DNA of 63,447 nucleotides, counting the filler, from Candidatus Rokuibacteriota bacterium (GTDB lineage Bacteria; JAUVQV01; DATDCY01): NCBI GenBank assembly GCA_031406795.1. It is 5 parts of 5 records of this genome, joined end to end, with 100 filler letters (N's around TTAATTAATTAA, not from the genome) between each part and the next. Parts side by side here need not be neighbours in the genome. Positions count along the whole stretch, not along the records: positions 1 to 18,769 come from JANOHV010000070.1; 4 more parts are not named here. One strand, 5' to 3'. Numbering within the stretch: position 1 is the stretch's first letter; the number at the start of each line of letters is the position of its first letter. The notes under the pieces are model-generated. The model did not search any database, had not been told where the DNA came from, and saw only the letters and a list, made by a program, of their open reading frames with translations. The position numbers and the translations under genes are program-made. Below, piece by piece: positions 1-14,173 of the stretch.

Positions 1-14
1 GAGGAGAAACGCTG

Positions 15-3000
15 ATGCCGCGCGGACGTCCCAGCAGGAGCTCCGCCGGAGCGACCGCCGCAGCGCCCGCTGCGCCGCGCGGCCGGGCCAACAACCGGCC
101 GCAGGTGCCATTCGCCTACAAGCTGGTCCTCAACCAGTGGCTCCTGTCGCTGTTCAACGTCAAGCGCTTCGAGGATCTGGCCGAGATCCTGCGCAATGAA
201 GCGATGGAGGGCCTGGACGAGAACAACGTCCACCACTTCCACCATGCGCTCACAGCTCAGCTCTTCAACCTGACGCAATTGCCCACCGAGCTGCTGCTCG
301 AATACGACCAGAACATCGTCAAGCACACGCAGCGGCTGAACGAGCGGCGCATCACGCGCGGCGAGGAGCCGGTCGCCTGGAAGTACTTCCAATACCTGAC
401 CCTGCTCTTCACGGAGATCTACCTCGACCGCTACTTCCGCGATCCAAAGGCGCTGCTCGCGGCGCTGAACGCGCAGGTGGCCACCTACAACACGGATAAG
501 CCCGAGGCCGACCAGATTGCGCCCTTCGCCGAGGCCGCCGAGGCCTGGCCACAGCTCAACAAGCTGGCCTACTGGAGCGCCACCGGCAGCGGCAAAACGC
601 TTTTGATGCACGCCAACATCCTCCAGTACCAGCAAGCCCTGGCGAAGCACGGCCGGCGGCGCGAGCTGAACCGCATTCTGTTGCTCACGCCGAACGAGGG
701 TCTATCGCAGCAGCACCTGCGCGAGTTCGAGGCGGCGGGCATCGCAGCGGAGCTGTTCAACAAGGACGGTCGCGGGTTGTTCACCGGGCAGGCGGTCGAG
801 ATCCTGGAGATCACCAAGCTCCGCGATGATATGGGCGACAAGACCATCGCCATCGACGCCTTCGAGGGCAACAACCTGGTGCTGGTGGACGAGGGGCACC
901 GCGGCGCGAGCGGCGGCGAAGAAGGCGCGTGGATGCGCTTTCGTAACGCACTGTGCGAAAAGGGCTTCTCGTTCGAGTACTCGGCCACCTTCGGGCAGGC
1001 GGTCAAGGGTAAGCCCAAGCTCACCGAGCTGTACGCCAAGAGCACGCTCTTCGACTACTCGTACCGCTACTTCTACGGCGACGGCTTCGGCAAGGACTAC
1101 CAGATCCTCAACCTGGACGAAGGGACGCAGCAGAATCACCTCGAGCTGTATCTGGTGGCCTGCCTGCTGTCGTTCTTCCAGCAGCAGCGGCTGTACCGCG
1201 AGCACGGCGCGTCCTTCCGACCGTTCAACATCGAGAAGCCGCTGTGGATCTTCGTCGGCGGGAGCGTGACGGCGACGCTGGCCACGCGGGATGCTTCGGA
1301 TATCGTGGAGATTTTGCAGTTCTTCGCCCGCTATGTGAAAGACCGGGCGGGGAGTATCGGGCGCATCGACCGGGTGTTGAACACGGGGCTCGAAACCGCG
1401 ACGGGCAGGAATCTGTTTGCAGGGCGATTCGGGTATCTAAATACCTGCGGGCTCTCGTCGGGGCAGGTCTTCGACGAGACGCTTGCAACGCTCTTCAACG
1501 CGCCGGGGGGCGGACAGCTTTATGTCGAAAACCTGAAGGGAGCGACCGGTGAGGTGGCGCTGCGGCTGGGCACCGAGAACGAGGCTTTCGGCGTCATCAA
1601 CGTGGGCGACGATGCCAAGCTGGTGAAGCTGTGCGAGGAGCACGGCCTGGCCACCGGCGAGCGCGAGTTCTCGGGCTCCCTGTTCCACGAAATCAACAAG
1701 CCGCACTCGCCGGTGAACTTGCTGATCGGCTCGAAGAAGTTCACCGAGGGGTGGAGCAGCTGGCGCGTCTCCACGATGGGCCTGATGAACGTCGGCAGGG
1801 GGGAAGGCGCACAGATCATTCAGCTTTTCGGGCGCGGGGTGCGGCTGAAGGGCCACGAGCTGAGTCTCAAGCGCAGCGGCAAGACCCGACTTCCGGAGGG
1901 CGTCGTGCGGCCCAAGCACATCAGCGTGCTGGAGACACTCGGCATCTTCGGCATCCACGCCGACTACATGGCGCAGTTCCGCGACTTCCTGGAAGAGGAG
2001 GGTCTGCCCACCAACGACGACCGCGTCGAGTTCCTGCTGCCGATTATCAAGAACCTCGGCACGCAGAAGCTCACGACGATCCGCCTCAAGAAGACGATCA
2101 ATGGCGTGAGCACCGAGTTCGGCGACGCGTTCCGCAAGCTCGGTCCGATACCGACCGTGGACAAGCCGGACCCCACCCGCGATCAGAGCACGAACTACCT
2201 GCAGAAGAACCAGGTCGTACTCAACTGGTATCCGAAGATCCAGGCGATGAAATCAGGCGGTCTCGTGGGCGGCGATGCGGATGCCGCGCCGAACGAGTCG
2301 CATCTGGACGCCCGGCATGTGGCCTTCCTCGACCTCGACCGGCTCTCCTTCGAGCTGGAGCGCTTCAAGGCCGAGCGCGGCTGGTACAACTTGAACCTGA
2401 CGCGACGGGGGATCGAGGCGTTGCTCGCGGATCAGAACTGGTACCGCCTGCAGATTCCCGCCGCAGAGCTGGCTTTTGATTCATTCGAGAAGGTGCGGCT
2501 GTGGGATGAGATCGCCCTCTCGCTGCTCAAGAAATACACCGAGCGCTACTACATCTTCCGCAAGCGCGAATGGGAGTTGCCGCACCTGGAGTATCGCGAT
2601 CTGGATGGGAACGACCCGAACTTCCTGGGGGTGAAGGAATCATCGGATGCGGGCTACTACCGCATCCTGATCGACAGGTCCCAGGAGGAGATCGTCGCGA
2701 AGCTCGAGGAGCTGAAGGCCGCAATCGAGAAAGGCGACCTCAAGCCTTGGGAATTCCGGGGCATGAAGGCCATCTGGTTCGGCAACCACCTGTACCAGCC
2801 ACTGCTCTGTCTGGATACGAACGTCGTTGAGATCAGTCCCGTGCCGCTGAACAAGGGCGAGCGCCAGTTCGTCGAGGATCTCAAGGCGTTCCACGAGGGG
2901 AACGCCGATTTCTTCAAGACTCGGGAGCTCTACCTGCTCCGCAATCTGAGCAAAGGGCGCGGTGTTGGCTTCTTCGAGGCCGGCAATTTCCATCCAGACT

Positions 3001-3302
3001 TCATCCTCTGGCTGTTGGCGGGCGGCAAGCAGCACATCATCTTCGTGGACCCCAAAGGCATCCGCAACCTCGGGCCGACCGATCCCAAGATCCAGTTCCA
3101 CGAAACGATCAAGGAGATCGAGCAACGACTCGGCGATCCAAACGTGAAATTGCAGTCCTTCATTGTCTCGAACACGGCCTCGCACACGATGATGATGCTC
3201 TGGAGCATGAAGAAGAGCGAGATGCAGAAGCGGCACGTCCTCTTTCAGGATGAGGACAAAGATAGTTACGTCGGAAGTATGCTTGGCGTGGCGGGGGCGT
3301 GA
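15..3302 (+). CDS. Type III restriction enzyme Res subunit (SF2 helicase + PD-(D/E)xK nuclease)
   Basis: Walker A ATGSGKT, DEGH, motif [12 protein letters not shown]-terminal FHPDFILW...FVDPKG nuclease motif. GAGGAG RBS at 1-6. The TGATG overlap suggests coupling to an upstream gene (probably mod, outside the window). Confidence 0.9.
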   Translation: MPRGRPSRSSAGATAAAPAAPRGRANNRPQVPFAYKLVLNQWLLSLFNVKRFEDLAEILRNEAMEGLDENNVHHFHHALTAQLFNLTQLPTELLLEYDQNIVKHTQRLNERRITRGEEPVAWKYFQYLTLLFTEIYLDRYFRDPKALLAALNAQVATYNTDKPEADQIAPFAEAAEAWPQLNKLAYWSATGSGKTLLMHANILQYQQALAKHGRRRELNRILLLTPNEGLSQQHLREFEAAGIAAELFNKDGRGLFTGQAVEILEITKLRDDMGDKTIAIDAFEGNNLVLVDEGHRGASGGEEGAWMRFRNALCEKGFSFEYSATFGQAVKGKPKLTELYAKSTLFDYSYRYFYGDGFGKDYQILNLDEGTQQNHLELYLVACLLSFFQQQRLYREHGASFRPFNIEKPLWIFVGGSVTATLATRDASDIVEILQFFARYVKDRAGSIGRIDRVLNTGLETATGRNLFAGRFGYLNTCGLSSGQVFDETLATLFNAPGGGQLYVENLKGATGEVALRLGTENEAFGVINVGDDAKLVKLCEEHGLATGEREFSGSLFHEINKPHSPVNLLIGSKKFTEGWSSWRVSTMGLMNVGRGEGAQIIQLFGRGVRLKGHELSLKRSGKTRLPEGVVRPKHISVLETLGIFGIHADYMAQFRDFLEEEGLPTNDDRVEFLLPIIKNLGTQKLTTIRLKKTINGVSTEFGDAFRKLGPIPTVDKPDPTRDQSTNYLQKNQVVLNWYPKIQAMKSGGLVGGDADAAPNESHLDARHVAFLDLDRLSFELERFKAERGWYNLNLTRRGIEALLADQNWYRLQIPAAELAFDSFEKVRLWDEIALSLLKKYTERYYIFRKREWELPHLEYRDLDGNDPNFLGVKESSDAGYYRILIDRSQEEIVAKLEELKAAIEKGDLKPWEFRGMKAIWFGNHLYQPLLCLDTNVVEISPVPLNKGERQFVEDLKAFHEGNADFFKTRELYLLRNLSKGRGVGFFEAGNFHPDFILWLLAGGKQHIIFVDPKGIRNLGPTDPKIQFHETIKEIEQRLGDPNVKLQSFIVSNTASHTMMMLWSMKKSEMQKRHVLFQDEDKDSYVGSMLGVAGA

Positions 3303-3306
3303 ACCG

Positions 3307-3344
3307 CCCTGCTAGAACGTCTTGCCGGCGTTGTACTCCTGCAG
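3307..3344 (-). repeat. Displaced duplicate of the carB 3' end (att-like direct repeat, copy 1)
   Basis: ccctgctagaacgtcttgccggcgttgtactcctgcag matches 5347-5384 at 35/38 nt. On the minus strand it reads LQEYNAGKTF* versus car[11 protein letters not shown]. Confidence 0.9.
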
Positions 3345-3406
3345 GGAAACTGGTTCTCGAAAGCACGACAGACCAGCGTGGCATTGGGCATGAGGAGCAC
3401 TCGGCG

Positions 3407-4393
3407 GTGAAAGTCTTCATCATCGGATCTGGCTTTACGAAGGCCGTATTCCCCAACGCGCCACTGAACAAGGACCTCATTGACGCACTCTCCGGGAAAT
3501 TCATTGCTTCCGCCGCGGCTGTCTTGCGAGAGAGATATAAAACAAACGACATCGAGATCGCGCTTACGAAGTTCGATTCCGACCTCGCCGTATCTCAAAG
3601 TGAGCCTGGGTCGCTGGCCGAGAATGGCCGCAGGCTCCGACGACGGATCGAAACTGAGCTCGGCGATTACTTCAGCTCATTCGTGGCCTCCGAAGAACTC
3701 CTCGCCCAATCATCGTGGCTTACTCAATTTATTGATGGTGTCTTTGCCTCTGGAGATGTTGTCGTTAGCCTGAATTACGATTGTGTTCTGGAGGGGGCAT
3801 TAGATTGCCGTGGCAAGTGGTCACCGAACGGCGGATACGGATCTCACTTCGATCTGCCATTCGTTTGTGACGACGACTTCTCGAAAAGCCCAGTTACGGT
3901 ATTAAAGATCCACGGGTCTGCCAACTTCGCAATTGCACCTTACTTCAATAAACCTGAAGCCAGTGACGTGAACTTCGTTTTTGATGAACGTTTCTTTCCG
4001 CGCTCAGCCAAGAATACGCACTTTGGCTATGGTTCAGGGTCGGAAGGAACTTATCTGATCGCACCCAGTTACGTGAAGATTCCAACCGTGAAAATGGTCT
4101 ATTTGATGCTTGAAGCGCTATGCGCAACGACAATAGCCATGAATCTTGTGATAATCGGAAGTGCACTGCGTCCCGAGGACGGATTCTTGACGGTGCTACA
4201 CACCAATTTTCTTCACCAGCCTTCCTGGAAGGCGCGGAGAGTATTCATCGTTGATCCGGCGGCGAACGCGATCAGCGACAATATTAAGAAATTTTGGGGA
4301 GTGAACGTATCGAGTCAAATCGTTCCAATCGAAGGACATCTCGAAGCTTCCGTTCCGCTGTTGATCAAGTCGCTTTGTGAACGACAGATTTGA
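3407..4393 (+). CDS. SIR2-like (SIR2_2) domain protein, putative NADase defence effector
   Basis: VFIIGSGFTKA, SLNYDCVLE, VLKIHGSANF and LVIIGSALRPED are SIR2_2-type motifs. GAGGAG RBS before GTG at 3407. Visibly more AT-rich than flanking genes. Confidence 0.75.
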   Translation: MKVFIIGSGFTKAVFPNAPLNKDLIDALSGKFIASAAAVLRERYKTNDIEIALTKFDSDLAVSQSEPGSLAENGRRLRRRIETELGDYFSSFVASEELLAQSSWLTQFIDGVFASGDVVVSLNYDCVLEGALDCRGKWSPNGGYGSHFDLPFVCDDDFSKSPVTVLKIHGSANFAIAPYFNKPEASDVNFVFDERFFPRSAKNTHFGYGSGSEGTYLIAPSYVKIPTVKMVYLMLEALCATTIAMNLVIIGSALRPEDGFLTVLHTNFLHQPSWKARRVFIVDPAANAISDNIKKFWGVNVSSQIVPIEGHLEASVPLLIKSLCERQI

Positions 4394-4486
4394 TGCGGCG
4401 TACCCAGGAAGACGTGCTGCCAAGATCAGCCTCACCTGCTCCAGTCGGCAGACCCTAAACGATGTCCTGTTGGAAAGGAGATAGTC

Positions 4487-5338
4487 ATGAATACTGAAAA
4501 AGACAACAAACTCGCGGTGTTCGAAGGTAAGCAGGTCCGAAAGATTCTTCACGAAGACAAATGGTGGTTTGTTGTGGATGACGTTGTGCTCGCTCTCATT
4601 GAATCGCGAGATCCAAAGCAATATATCCAGCGCATGAAGCAGCGCGACCCGGAGTTGGGCAAAGGGTGGGTACAGATTGTACGTACCCTTCCCATCCCCA
4701 CCGAAGGCGGTCCGCAAAAGCTCAATTGCGCCAACACCGAGGGCATCTTCCGCCTGATCCAATCCATACCCAGCCCCAAGGCCGAACCGTTCAAACGCTG
4801 GCTGGCGCGGGCGGGCAAGGAGCGGATTGACGAGATCGAAAACCCCGAGCTGGCCATGGGCCGGATGCAGGAACTCTACGAAAAGAAGGGCTACCCCAAG
4901 GAGTGGATCGACAAGCGGCTGCGGGGCATCGCCGTCCGCCAGGATCTGACCGATGAATGGAAGAACCGGGGCGCGCAAACCACCTCGGAATACGCCATCC
5001 TGACCAATGAGATCATGCAGGGTGCGTTCGGTTTGAACGTGGAGGAGTACAAGCAGGTGAAAGACTTGCAGCGGGAGAACCTCCGCGATCACATGACCGA
5101 CATCGAGCTGATTCTGACCATGCTCGGCGAGGCAACCACCACGGAGCTGCACCGGGACCGGGATTCGCAAGGTATGGCGCCGCTGAAAAAGGATGCCAAA
5201 ACCGGCGGGGCAGTGGCAGGCAGGACGCGCAAGGACATTGAGGCCCAGACCGGTAAGCCGGTCATCTCGGGCGAGAACTTCAAGAAACTGTCTGCCAGGA
5301 AACCGAAAAGGCTGAAGGCGGACGGGGGGAAACGCTGA
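4487..5338 (+). CDS. BRO-N domain DNA-binding protein (antirepressor-like)
   Basis: FEGKQVRK...WWFVVDDVV...IFRLIQSIPSPKAEPFKRWLA, typical of the bacterial Bro-N family. AAGGAG RBS. Confidence 0.85.
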   Translation: MNTEKDNKLAVFEGKQVRKILHEDKWWFVVDDVVLALIESRDPKQYIQRMKQRDPELGKGWVQIVRTLPIPTEGGPQKLNCANTEGIFRLIQSIPSPKAEPFKRWLARAGKERIDEIENPELAMGRMQELYEKKGYPKEWIDKRLRGIAVRQDLTDEWKNRGAQTTSEYAILTNEIMQGAFGLNVEEYKQVKDLQRENLRDHMTDIELILTMLGEATTTELHRDRDSQGMAPLKKDAKTGGAVAGRTRKDIEAQTGKPVISGENFKKLSARKPKRLKADGGKR

Positions 5339-5351
5339 TGCCGAGCCCCTG

Positions 5352-8572
<3,221 letters not shown>

Positions 8573-8576
<4 letters not shown>

Positions 8577-9163
8577 TTCCCCCCGGTGCGCAGCGAGTCG
8601 AAGGAGGCGACCACCGCCGGGTAGAACTGCTCGAATTGCTCTTCGGTGCCGGCGAAGGTCATCTGGTAGAACCGGCCCTTCGCCTGCACCACCCGGATCA
8701 GCGACTGGTAGCCTTGAGCGCCGCGCTGGAACAGGTACACGGATTGCGCGTAGGGCGGGACCGCCTCCGGGTGCTCCGCGATCGCGAGGAAACGCACCCG
8801 CTCGTTGTCGAAGCGCAGCTGGCCGAGCAGCGTCTGCCAGCGCACCTCGAGCGTCACGATCCCCGCCGCCTCGTGCGTCAGGTGGATCAGCGGCTCGATG
8901 CCGGCGGCGTCCGCCGCTCCCTTGGCGACGAGCCCCGGGCCCATGTGTCCCGAATCGTCCGTGTCCCAGCCCTCCGGGGGCGTGATCGTGAAGTGCCCGG
9001 CCGGGTCGGTGTACGGTGTCGGCTCGGCGGCGAGCCAGCCGAAGAACGGCAGCAGGAAGAGGCCGCCGAAGATCAGCGCGGAGAAGAGCCGCTTCGACCA
9101 GCGGCCGAGCGCGGACTTCGGCCCGGCCTCCCAGGCGAAGAGCATCCCGTCCGGCGGCTTCAC
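8573..9163 (-). CDS. Membrane-anchored/exported PsbP/DcrB-like hypothetical protein
   Basis: N-terminal hydrophobic segment, [16 protein letters not shown], and C-terminal [10 protein letters not shown]...FDSLR. Overlaps both carA and carB by 4 nt. Confidence 0.6.
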
Positions 9164-10272
9164 GGGCGATTGCGGTCCATCAGGGCGATGAAGTCGTCGA
9201 AGAGGTGGCGCGCGTCGTGCGGCCCCGGCGAGGCCTCGGGGTGGTACTGCACCGAGAAGGCCGGCAGGGTGCGGTGGCGCATCCCCTCGTTGGTGCGGTC
9301 GTAGAGATTAACATGAGTCAACTCGACGACCGCCGGGTCGAGCGAGTCCATGTCGACGCAGAAGCCGTGGTTCTGCGAGGTGATGTCGATGCGGCCGGTG
9401 CGCTGGTCCATGACCGGGTGATTCGCGCCGCGGTGGCCGAACTTGAGCTTGTAGGTGCGGCCGCCGAGCGCCAGGCCGAGCATCTGGTGGCCGAGGCAGA
9501 TGCCGAAGATCGGTTTCTTCCCGAGCAGGCCGCGCACGGTCTCGATGACGTAGGGCACGCCTTCGGGGTCGCCGGGGCCGTTGGAGAGAAAGACGCCGTC
9601 CGGGTCGGTCGCCAGGATTTCGGCGGCGCTGGCCGAGGCGGGGAACACGGTGACGTCGCAGCCGACGGCGGCCAGGCACGCGAGGATGCTGCTTTTCATG
9701 CCGCAGTCGATCGCGGCGACGCGGTGGCGCTTCTCGCCGGGGTAGCTCGGGGTGTGGGCTTTGGCGCAGGTCACTTCGCGCACCAGATCGCGGCCGACGA
9801 GGCCGGGGGAGGCCTGCGCCTTGCGCTGCAGCGACGCCGCGTCGAGGTCGACCGAGGAGATCACGCCCTTCATGGCCCCGCGGCTTCTCAGGTGGCGGGT
9901 CAGCGCGCGGGTGTCCACGCCGCTGATCCCCGGGACCCCAAAGCGGCCGAGGAAGGCGCCGAGGCTTTCGGCGGCGCGCCAGTTGGAGTGCACCGGCGAG
10001 ATCTCGCGCACCACGAGGCCCTCGACCCAGGGGCGGCCCGATTCGACGTCCTCGGCGTTGGCGCCGTAGTTGCCGATCAGCGGGTAGGTCATCACGACGA
10101 TCTGGCCGCAGTACGAGGGGTCGGTGGTGATTTCCTGGTAACCGGACATCGAGGTGTTGAAGACAACTTCGCCGTGGTGCTCGCCGGGGGCGCCGAAGGC
10201 CGTCCCGGCAAAAGCGGCGCCATCCTCGAGGACGAGGAGGGCAGGCCGGGCAGCGTTCAAACTCGTCTCCAT
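9160..10272 (-). CDS. carA: Carbamoyl-phosphate synthase small subunit
   Basis: [50 protein letters not shown]. Confidence 0.98.
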   Translation of the reverse strand: METSLNAARPALLVLEDGAAFAGTAFGAPGEHHGEVVFNTSMSGYQEITTDPSYCGQIVVMTYPLIGNYGANAEDVESGRPWVEGLVVREISPVHSNWRAAESLGAFLGRFGVPGISGVDTRALTRHLRSRGAMKGVISSVDLDAASLQRKAQASPGLVGRDLVREVTCAKAHTPSYPGEKRHRVAAIDCGMKSSILACLAAVGCDVTVFPASASAAEILATDPDGVFLSNGPGDPEGVPYVIETVRGLLGKKPIFGICLGHQMLGLALGGRTYKLKFGHRGANHPVMDQRTGRIDITSQNHGFCVDMDSLDPAVVELTHVNLYDRTNEGMRHRTLPAFSVQYHPEASPGPHDARHLFDDFIALMDRNRP

Positions 10273-10284
10273 GGTCGGGCCGGG

Positions 10285-10313
10285 ATGATAGCGGAAACGG
10301 GGCGGGATGACAA
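10285..10313 (-). promoter_or_regulatory. Putative sigma70 promoter of carA
   Basis: Minus strand TTGTCA-N17-TATCAT, 12 nt before the ATG. Confidence 0.5.
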
Positions 10314-10360
10314 ACCATTTCGGAATCTGTCGAAGGCCCGCGGCGGGAAGAATTCCGGAT

Positions 10361-10385
10361 GTAGGGGAGGGGTTCACCTCCTCCC
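10361..10385 (+). repeat. GTAG-type REP element
   Basis: gtaggggaggggttcacctcctccc: GTAG head plus imperfect hairpin. Confidence 0.7.
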
Positions 10386-10417
10386 GGACCGCGGATGAAG
10401 CTATCAGCGCCCCCGGC

Positions 10418-11134
10418 TTACGGGCGGAAGTCCTTGTCGGTGAGCGGCGGGTTGAGGACGACGCGGGTGATGACCGTATCGCCGGTCGGCTGGTTCGATG
10501 CGAAGTTCGCCTCCCGGAAGGGGAAGAGCACCCCGTCCACTACGCGGAAATCCGCGAAGTCGGTGGCGAAGTTCGTCTTCATCCCCGGCGCCTCGAGGAC
10601 GCCGGAGGTGCGCACGATCCGCCCGGTGGCGGTGTCCGCGTAGACGGTCAGCGTAAGACCTTCGCCGAGAGGGATTTCCAGGCCCTGGAGCTTGCCGCCG
10701 TCCATGGGCGCAAGCAGCTTGATTGCCGCGCGCCGCTCGTCGAGAAGCCAGGGGATATCGGCCCGGGCGGCCTGAAGGACCATCGAGGTCCGCAGGAACC
10801 CGTCGGCGGGGGACATGTTCCCTTTGCCGTCGGAGCGCCAGCCCTGGTCGCCGTCGAGAATCCGCGTCTCGAAGTGGTTCGGGTAGTCGAGCGTGGTCTT
10901 GAGCCGGTTCGGCCGGGCGAATGTCCGCGCCAGGGGGCCTTCGCCGCGCATGACGGAGGTGACCGACCCTTCCATCCGGTAGGCCTTGATCTTGCCCAGC
11001 GCCGCCTTCCCGCCGTAGGCCGTCAGGACGGTGTCGACCAGGGTGTCCACCGGCGTCGGCCCCGCGGCGGCGTGCGCGGCAGCGGGGAATGACAGACAGG
11101 CCCAGCAGAGGAATGCCGCGGGGATCTTCTTCAT
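10418..11134 (-). CDS. Exported protein, LolA-like/lipoprotein-sorting-type fold
   Basis: Signal peptide MKKIPAAFLCWACLSFPAAAHA; TAYGGKAALGKIK; C-terminal FADFRVVDGVLFPF. Confidence 0.6.
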   Translation of the reverse strand: MKKIPAAFLCWACLSFPAAAHAAAGPTPVDTLVDTVLTAYGGKAALGKIKAYRMEGSVTSVMRGEGPLARTFARPNRLKTTLDYPNHFETRILDGDQGWRSDGKGNMSPADGFLRTSMVLQAARADIPWLLDERRAAIKLLAPMDGGKLQGLEIPLGEGLTLTVYADTATGRIVRTSGVLEAPGMKTNFATDFADFRVVDGVLFPFREANFASNQPTGDTVITRVVLNPPLTDKDFRP

Positions 11135-11153
11135 GACCATGAAATACCCGTTC

Positions 11154-12110
11154 TCATGCCCGCTCGTCAAGGCGCGAGCCCTGACGCGAGTCACGGAGCG
11201 CAAGTTCGCGCTCGATCGCGTTGAGCACCGCGAGCTTGCTGCCGGACCACGCCGGCGCCAGCAGGACGTCGCGGTAGCCGTCGGCGGTGAGCCGCTCGAC
11301 GAAGACCCCCGACGGGATCAGCTCGAGAAAGTCCGCAACCCAGCCGGCGTACGTCGGCAGGTCGGGGAGCGGGACGCCGCCGCGCCGCCACTCTTCCGCG
11401 AGCGCGGTGCCCTCCAGCACCAGCAGCGCGTGGATCTTCAGGCCGGCGATCGGCAGCGCGGCGAGCGCCCGCGCGGTCTCGCGCATCATCGCCGGAGTCT
11501 CTCCGGGGAGTCCGAGCATGACGTGCGCGACGACCTCGATCCCGCGCGCCGCCGCCCGGCGCACGGCATCGTCGAACTGTTCGAGGGTGTGCCCGCGGTT
11601 GATGCGGGCGATGGTCCGCGGGTGCGCCGACTGCAGGCCAAGCTCGAGGTGGACGCGCACGCGCGAGCCGTAGGACGCGAGCAAGTCGAGCGTCGCGTCC
11701 GGAACACAATCCGGGCGCGTCCCGACCGCGAGCCCGACCACGTCGGGGGAGAAGCCGACCGCTTCGTCCCAGAGCGCGCGCAGGCGCTCGAGCGGGGCGT
11801 CGGTGTTCGTGAAGGTCTGGAAGTAGGGGATGAAGCGCTCGGCGCCGTGGCGCACGTAGCGCTCGCGCATCGCGGTGAGTTGCTCCGTCACCGAAGGCAG
11901 CGGCCCTGCCCGCCGCAGCGCGGAGCCGCGCCCGTCGCAGAAGATGCAGCCGCCCGTCCCGCTGCGTCCGTCGCGGTTGGGGCAGGTGAACCCGGCGTCG
12001 ATCGGCAGTTTGGCGACGCGCGCGCCGAACGCATTTCGCAAATAGCTCTTGAAGTCATGATAGCGCTTCGCGGCGGGGGCGGGCGGCGGCGGGTCGGTGC
12101 GAGAGGGCAT
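11154..12110 (-). CDS. TIGR01212 (YhcC-like) radical SAM protein
   Basis: IDAGFTCPNRDGRSGTGGCIFC, GTRPDC, ELGLQS, INRGH. Confidence 0.9.
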   Translation of the reverse strand: MPSRTDPPPPAPAAKRYHDFKSYLRNAFGARVAKLPIDAGFTCPNRDGRSGTGGCIFCDGRGSALRRAGPLPSVTEQLTAMRERYVRHGAERFIPYFQTFTNTDAPLERLRALWDEAVGFSPDVVGLAVGTRPDCVPDATLDLLASYGSRVRVHLELGLQSAHPRTIARINRGHTLEQFDDAVRRAAARGIEVVAHVMLGLPGETPAMMRETARALAALPIAGLKIHALLVLEGTALAEEWRRGGVPLPDLPTYAGWVADFLELIPSGVFVERLTADGYRDVLLAPAWSGSKLAVLNAIERELALRDSRQGSRLDERA

Positions 12111-12172
12111 GGGTGATGGTACGATTCGCATATGGTTGATTGTCAAGGGGGCCGGTTAGTTGTTCTGCTCTT

Positions 12173-12203
12173 CGTAGGGGCGGGGATCAACCCCGCCCCT
12201 ACG
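12173..12203. repeat. Palindromic GTAG-type REP
   Basis: cgtaggggcggggatcaaccccgcccctacg. Confidence 0.8.
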
Positions 12204-12280
12204 AGTGTTCGTTTGCTGCCGGCGGGCAATCCTGAGCGGACCCCGCATCTCTGGTTAGCGTGCATCGGGGCTCGACCGAC

Positions 12281-14173
12281 ATGAATTTCGCCCCAGGCTC
12301 ATTCGATGTCATCGTCGTCGGCGCCGGCCACGCCGGCTGCGAGGCCGCGCTCGCCGCCGCGCGGATGGGTTGCGAGACGCTGCTGCTGAATCTGAGCCTC
12401 GACACGATGGCGCTGATGGCCTGCAACCCCTCGGTCGGCGGCCTCGGCAAGGGGCAGTTGGTCCGCGAGATCGACGCGCTCGGCGGCGCGATGGGAAAGC
12501 TGGCGGACTTCGCGTGCATCCACGCCAAGGTCCTCAACGCCTCGCGCGGGGACGCCGTGCGCGGCACGCGGATGCAGAGCGACCGGCACGCCTATCGCCT
12601 TGCGATGAAGCGCCTGCTCGAGGGGGAGCCGCGGCTGCACCTGCGTCAGGGGCGCGTCGAGCGCCTGCTGCTCGAAGGGCGGCCCGGCGGTCCCGGCGTG
12701 CGCGTGGCCGGCATCGAGGTTGCCGGCGGCCTGTGCTTTCGCGCCGTCGCGGTCGTGCTCGCCACCGGCACCTTCCTCAATGGCCTGATCCACATCGGCG
12801 ACTGGCGCACCGCGGCGGGGCGCGCCGGCGAGGAGGTCGCGACGGCGCTGGCGCTGCAGCTGCGCGAACTCGGCTTCGAGGTCGGCCGCCTCAAGACCGG
12901 CACGCCGCCGCGGCTGCGCCGCTCGAGCATCGATTTCTCCGGGATGGAGGCCCACCGCGGCGACGAGCGCCCGCGTCCCTTCTCCTTCGACACCGACCCG
13001 GCGGGGTTCGCGCCCATCCAGATCCCCTCCCACATGACGTGGACCTCGCCCGACACGCACCGGCTGCTGCGCGCGAGCATCGACCGCTCGCCGCTGTACG
13101 CGGGCGCGATCACCGGCGTCGGCGCGCGCTACTGCCCCTCGCTCGAGGACAAGGTGATGCGCTTCGCCCAGAAGGAGCGCCACCAGGTGCTCCTTGAGCC
13201 GGAGGGGCGCGACACCGAGGAGATCTACGCCAAGGGTCTCGGGAACTGCCTCCCGCTCGACGTGCAGGCGGCGCTCGTCGCGAGCGTCCCGGGCCTGGAG
13301 CAGGCCGAGATCATGCGGCCGGCCTACGCGGTGGAGTACGACTTCGTGCAGCCGACGCAGCTGGCCCCGACCCTCGAGGCCAAGGCGCTCGCCGGCCTGT
13401 TCCTGGCCGGCCAGGTCAACGGCACCTCCGGCTACGAGGAGGCGGCGGCGCAGGGGCTCTGGGCCGGGATCAACGCGGCCTGCCTCGCGCAGGGGCGCCC
13501 GCCGTTCGTTCTCGACCGCTCCCAGGCCTATCTCGGGGTGCTCGTGGACGACCTGGTCACGCGCGGCACGCGCGAGCCCTACCGGATGTTCACCTCGCGC
13601 GCCGAGTGGCGCCTGCTGCTGCGCGAGGACAACGCCGACCTGCGCCTGCGCCAGGTGGGGCGGGACCTCGGCCTCGTCGGCGACGACCCGTACGCGCGGT
13701 TCTGCGCCCGGCGCGACGCGATTACGGCCGAGCTCGAGCGCGTGCGTCGGACGCGGCTCGCGCCGACCGCGGCGGTGAACGAGCGGCTGCGCGAGCTGGG
13801 CACGGCGCCGCTGTCGGAGCCGGCGACGATCTGGGCGCTGCTGCACCGCCCGGGGCTCGGCTGGCGCGAACTCTGCCGGCTGCAGGGCGAGCTGCCGGCG
13901 CTCCCCGACGACGTCGTCTTCCAGGTTGAAGTGCAGGCCCGCTATGAAGGCTACATCAGCCGCGCCGAGGTCGAGGCGGCGCGCTTTCGCGAACTGGAGG
14001 GGCGGCGCCTGCCGAAGGAGGCCGATTACGCGACGATCCCCGGACTCTCGATCGAAGTGCGCCAGAAGCTGGCGGCGGCGCGCCCCGCCTCGCTCGGTCA
14101 GGCCGCGCGCATCGCGGGGGTCACGCCGGCGGCGGTCTCGATCCTCGCGGTGTGGCTGAAGGCAGGCCGCTGA
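12281..14173 (+). CDS. mnmG: tRNA uridine 5-carboxymethylaminomethyl modification enzyme
   Basis: VVGAGHAGCEAALAAAR, RLKTGTPPR, RYCPSLEDK, AGQVNGTSGYEEAAAQG, YRMFTSRAE. Confidence 0.97.
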   Translation: MNFAPGSFDVIVVGAGHAGCEAALAAARMGCETLLLNLSLDTMALMACNPSVGGLGKGQLVREIDALGGAMGKLADFACIHAKVLNASRGDAVRGTRMQSDRHAYRLAMKRLLEGEPRLHLRQGRVERLLLEGRPGGPGVRVAGIEVAGGLCFRAVAVVLATGTFLNGLIHIGDWRTAAGRAGEEVATALALQLRELGFEVGRLKTGTPPRLRRSSIDFSGMEAHRGDERPRPFSFDTDPAGFAPIQIPSHMTWTSPDTHRLLRASIDRSPLYAGAITGVGARYCPSLEDKVMRFAQKERHQVLLEPEGRDTEEIYAKGLGNCLPLDVQAALVASVPGLEQAEIMRPAYAVEYDFVQPTQLAPTLEAKALAGLFLAGQVNGTSGYEEAAAQGLWAGINAACLAQGRPPFVLDRSQAYLGVLVDDLVTRGTREPYRMFTSRAEWRLLLREDNADLRLRQVGRDLGLVGDDPYARFCARRDAITAELERVRRTRLAPTAAVNERLRELGTAPLSEPATIWALLHRPGLGWRELCRLQGELPALPDDVVFQVEVQARYEGYISRAEVEAARFRELEGRRLPKEADYATIPGLSIEVRQKLAAARPASLGQAARIAGVTPAAVSILAVWLKAGR

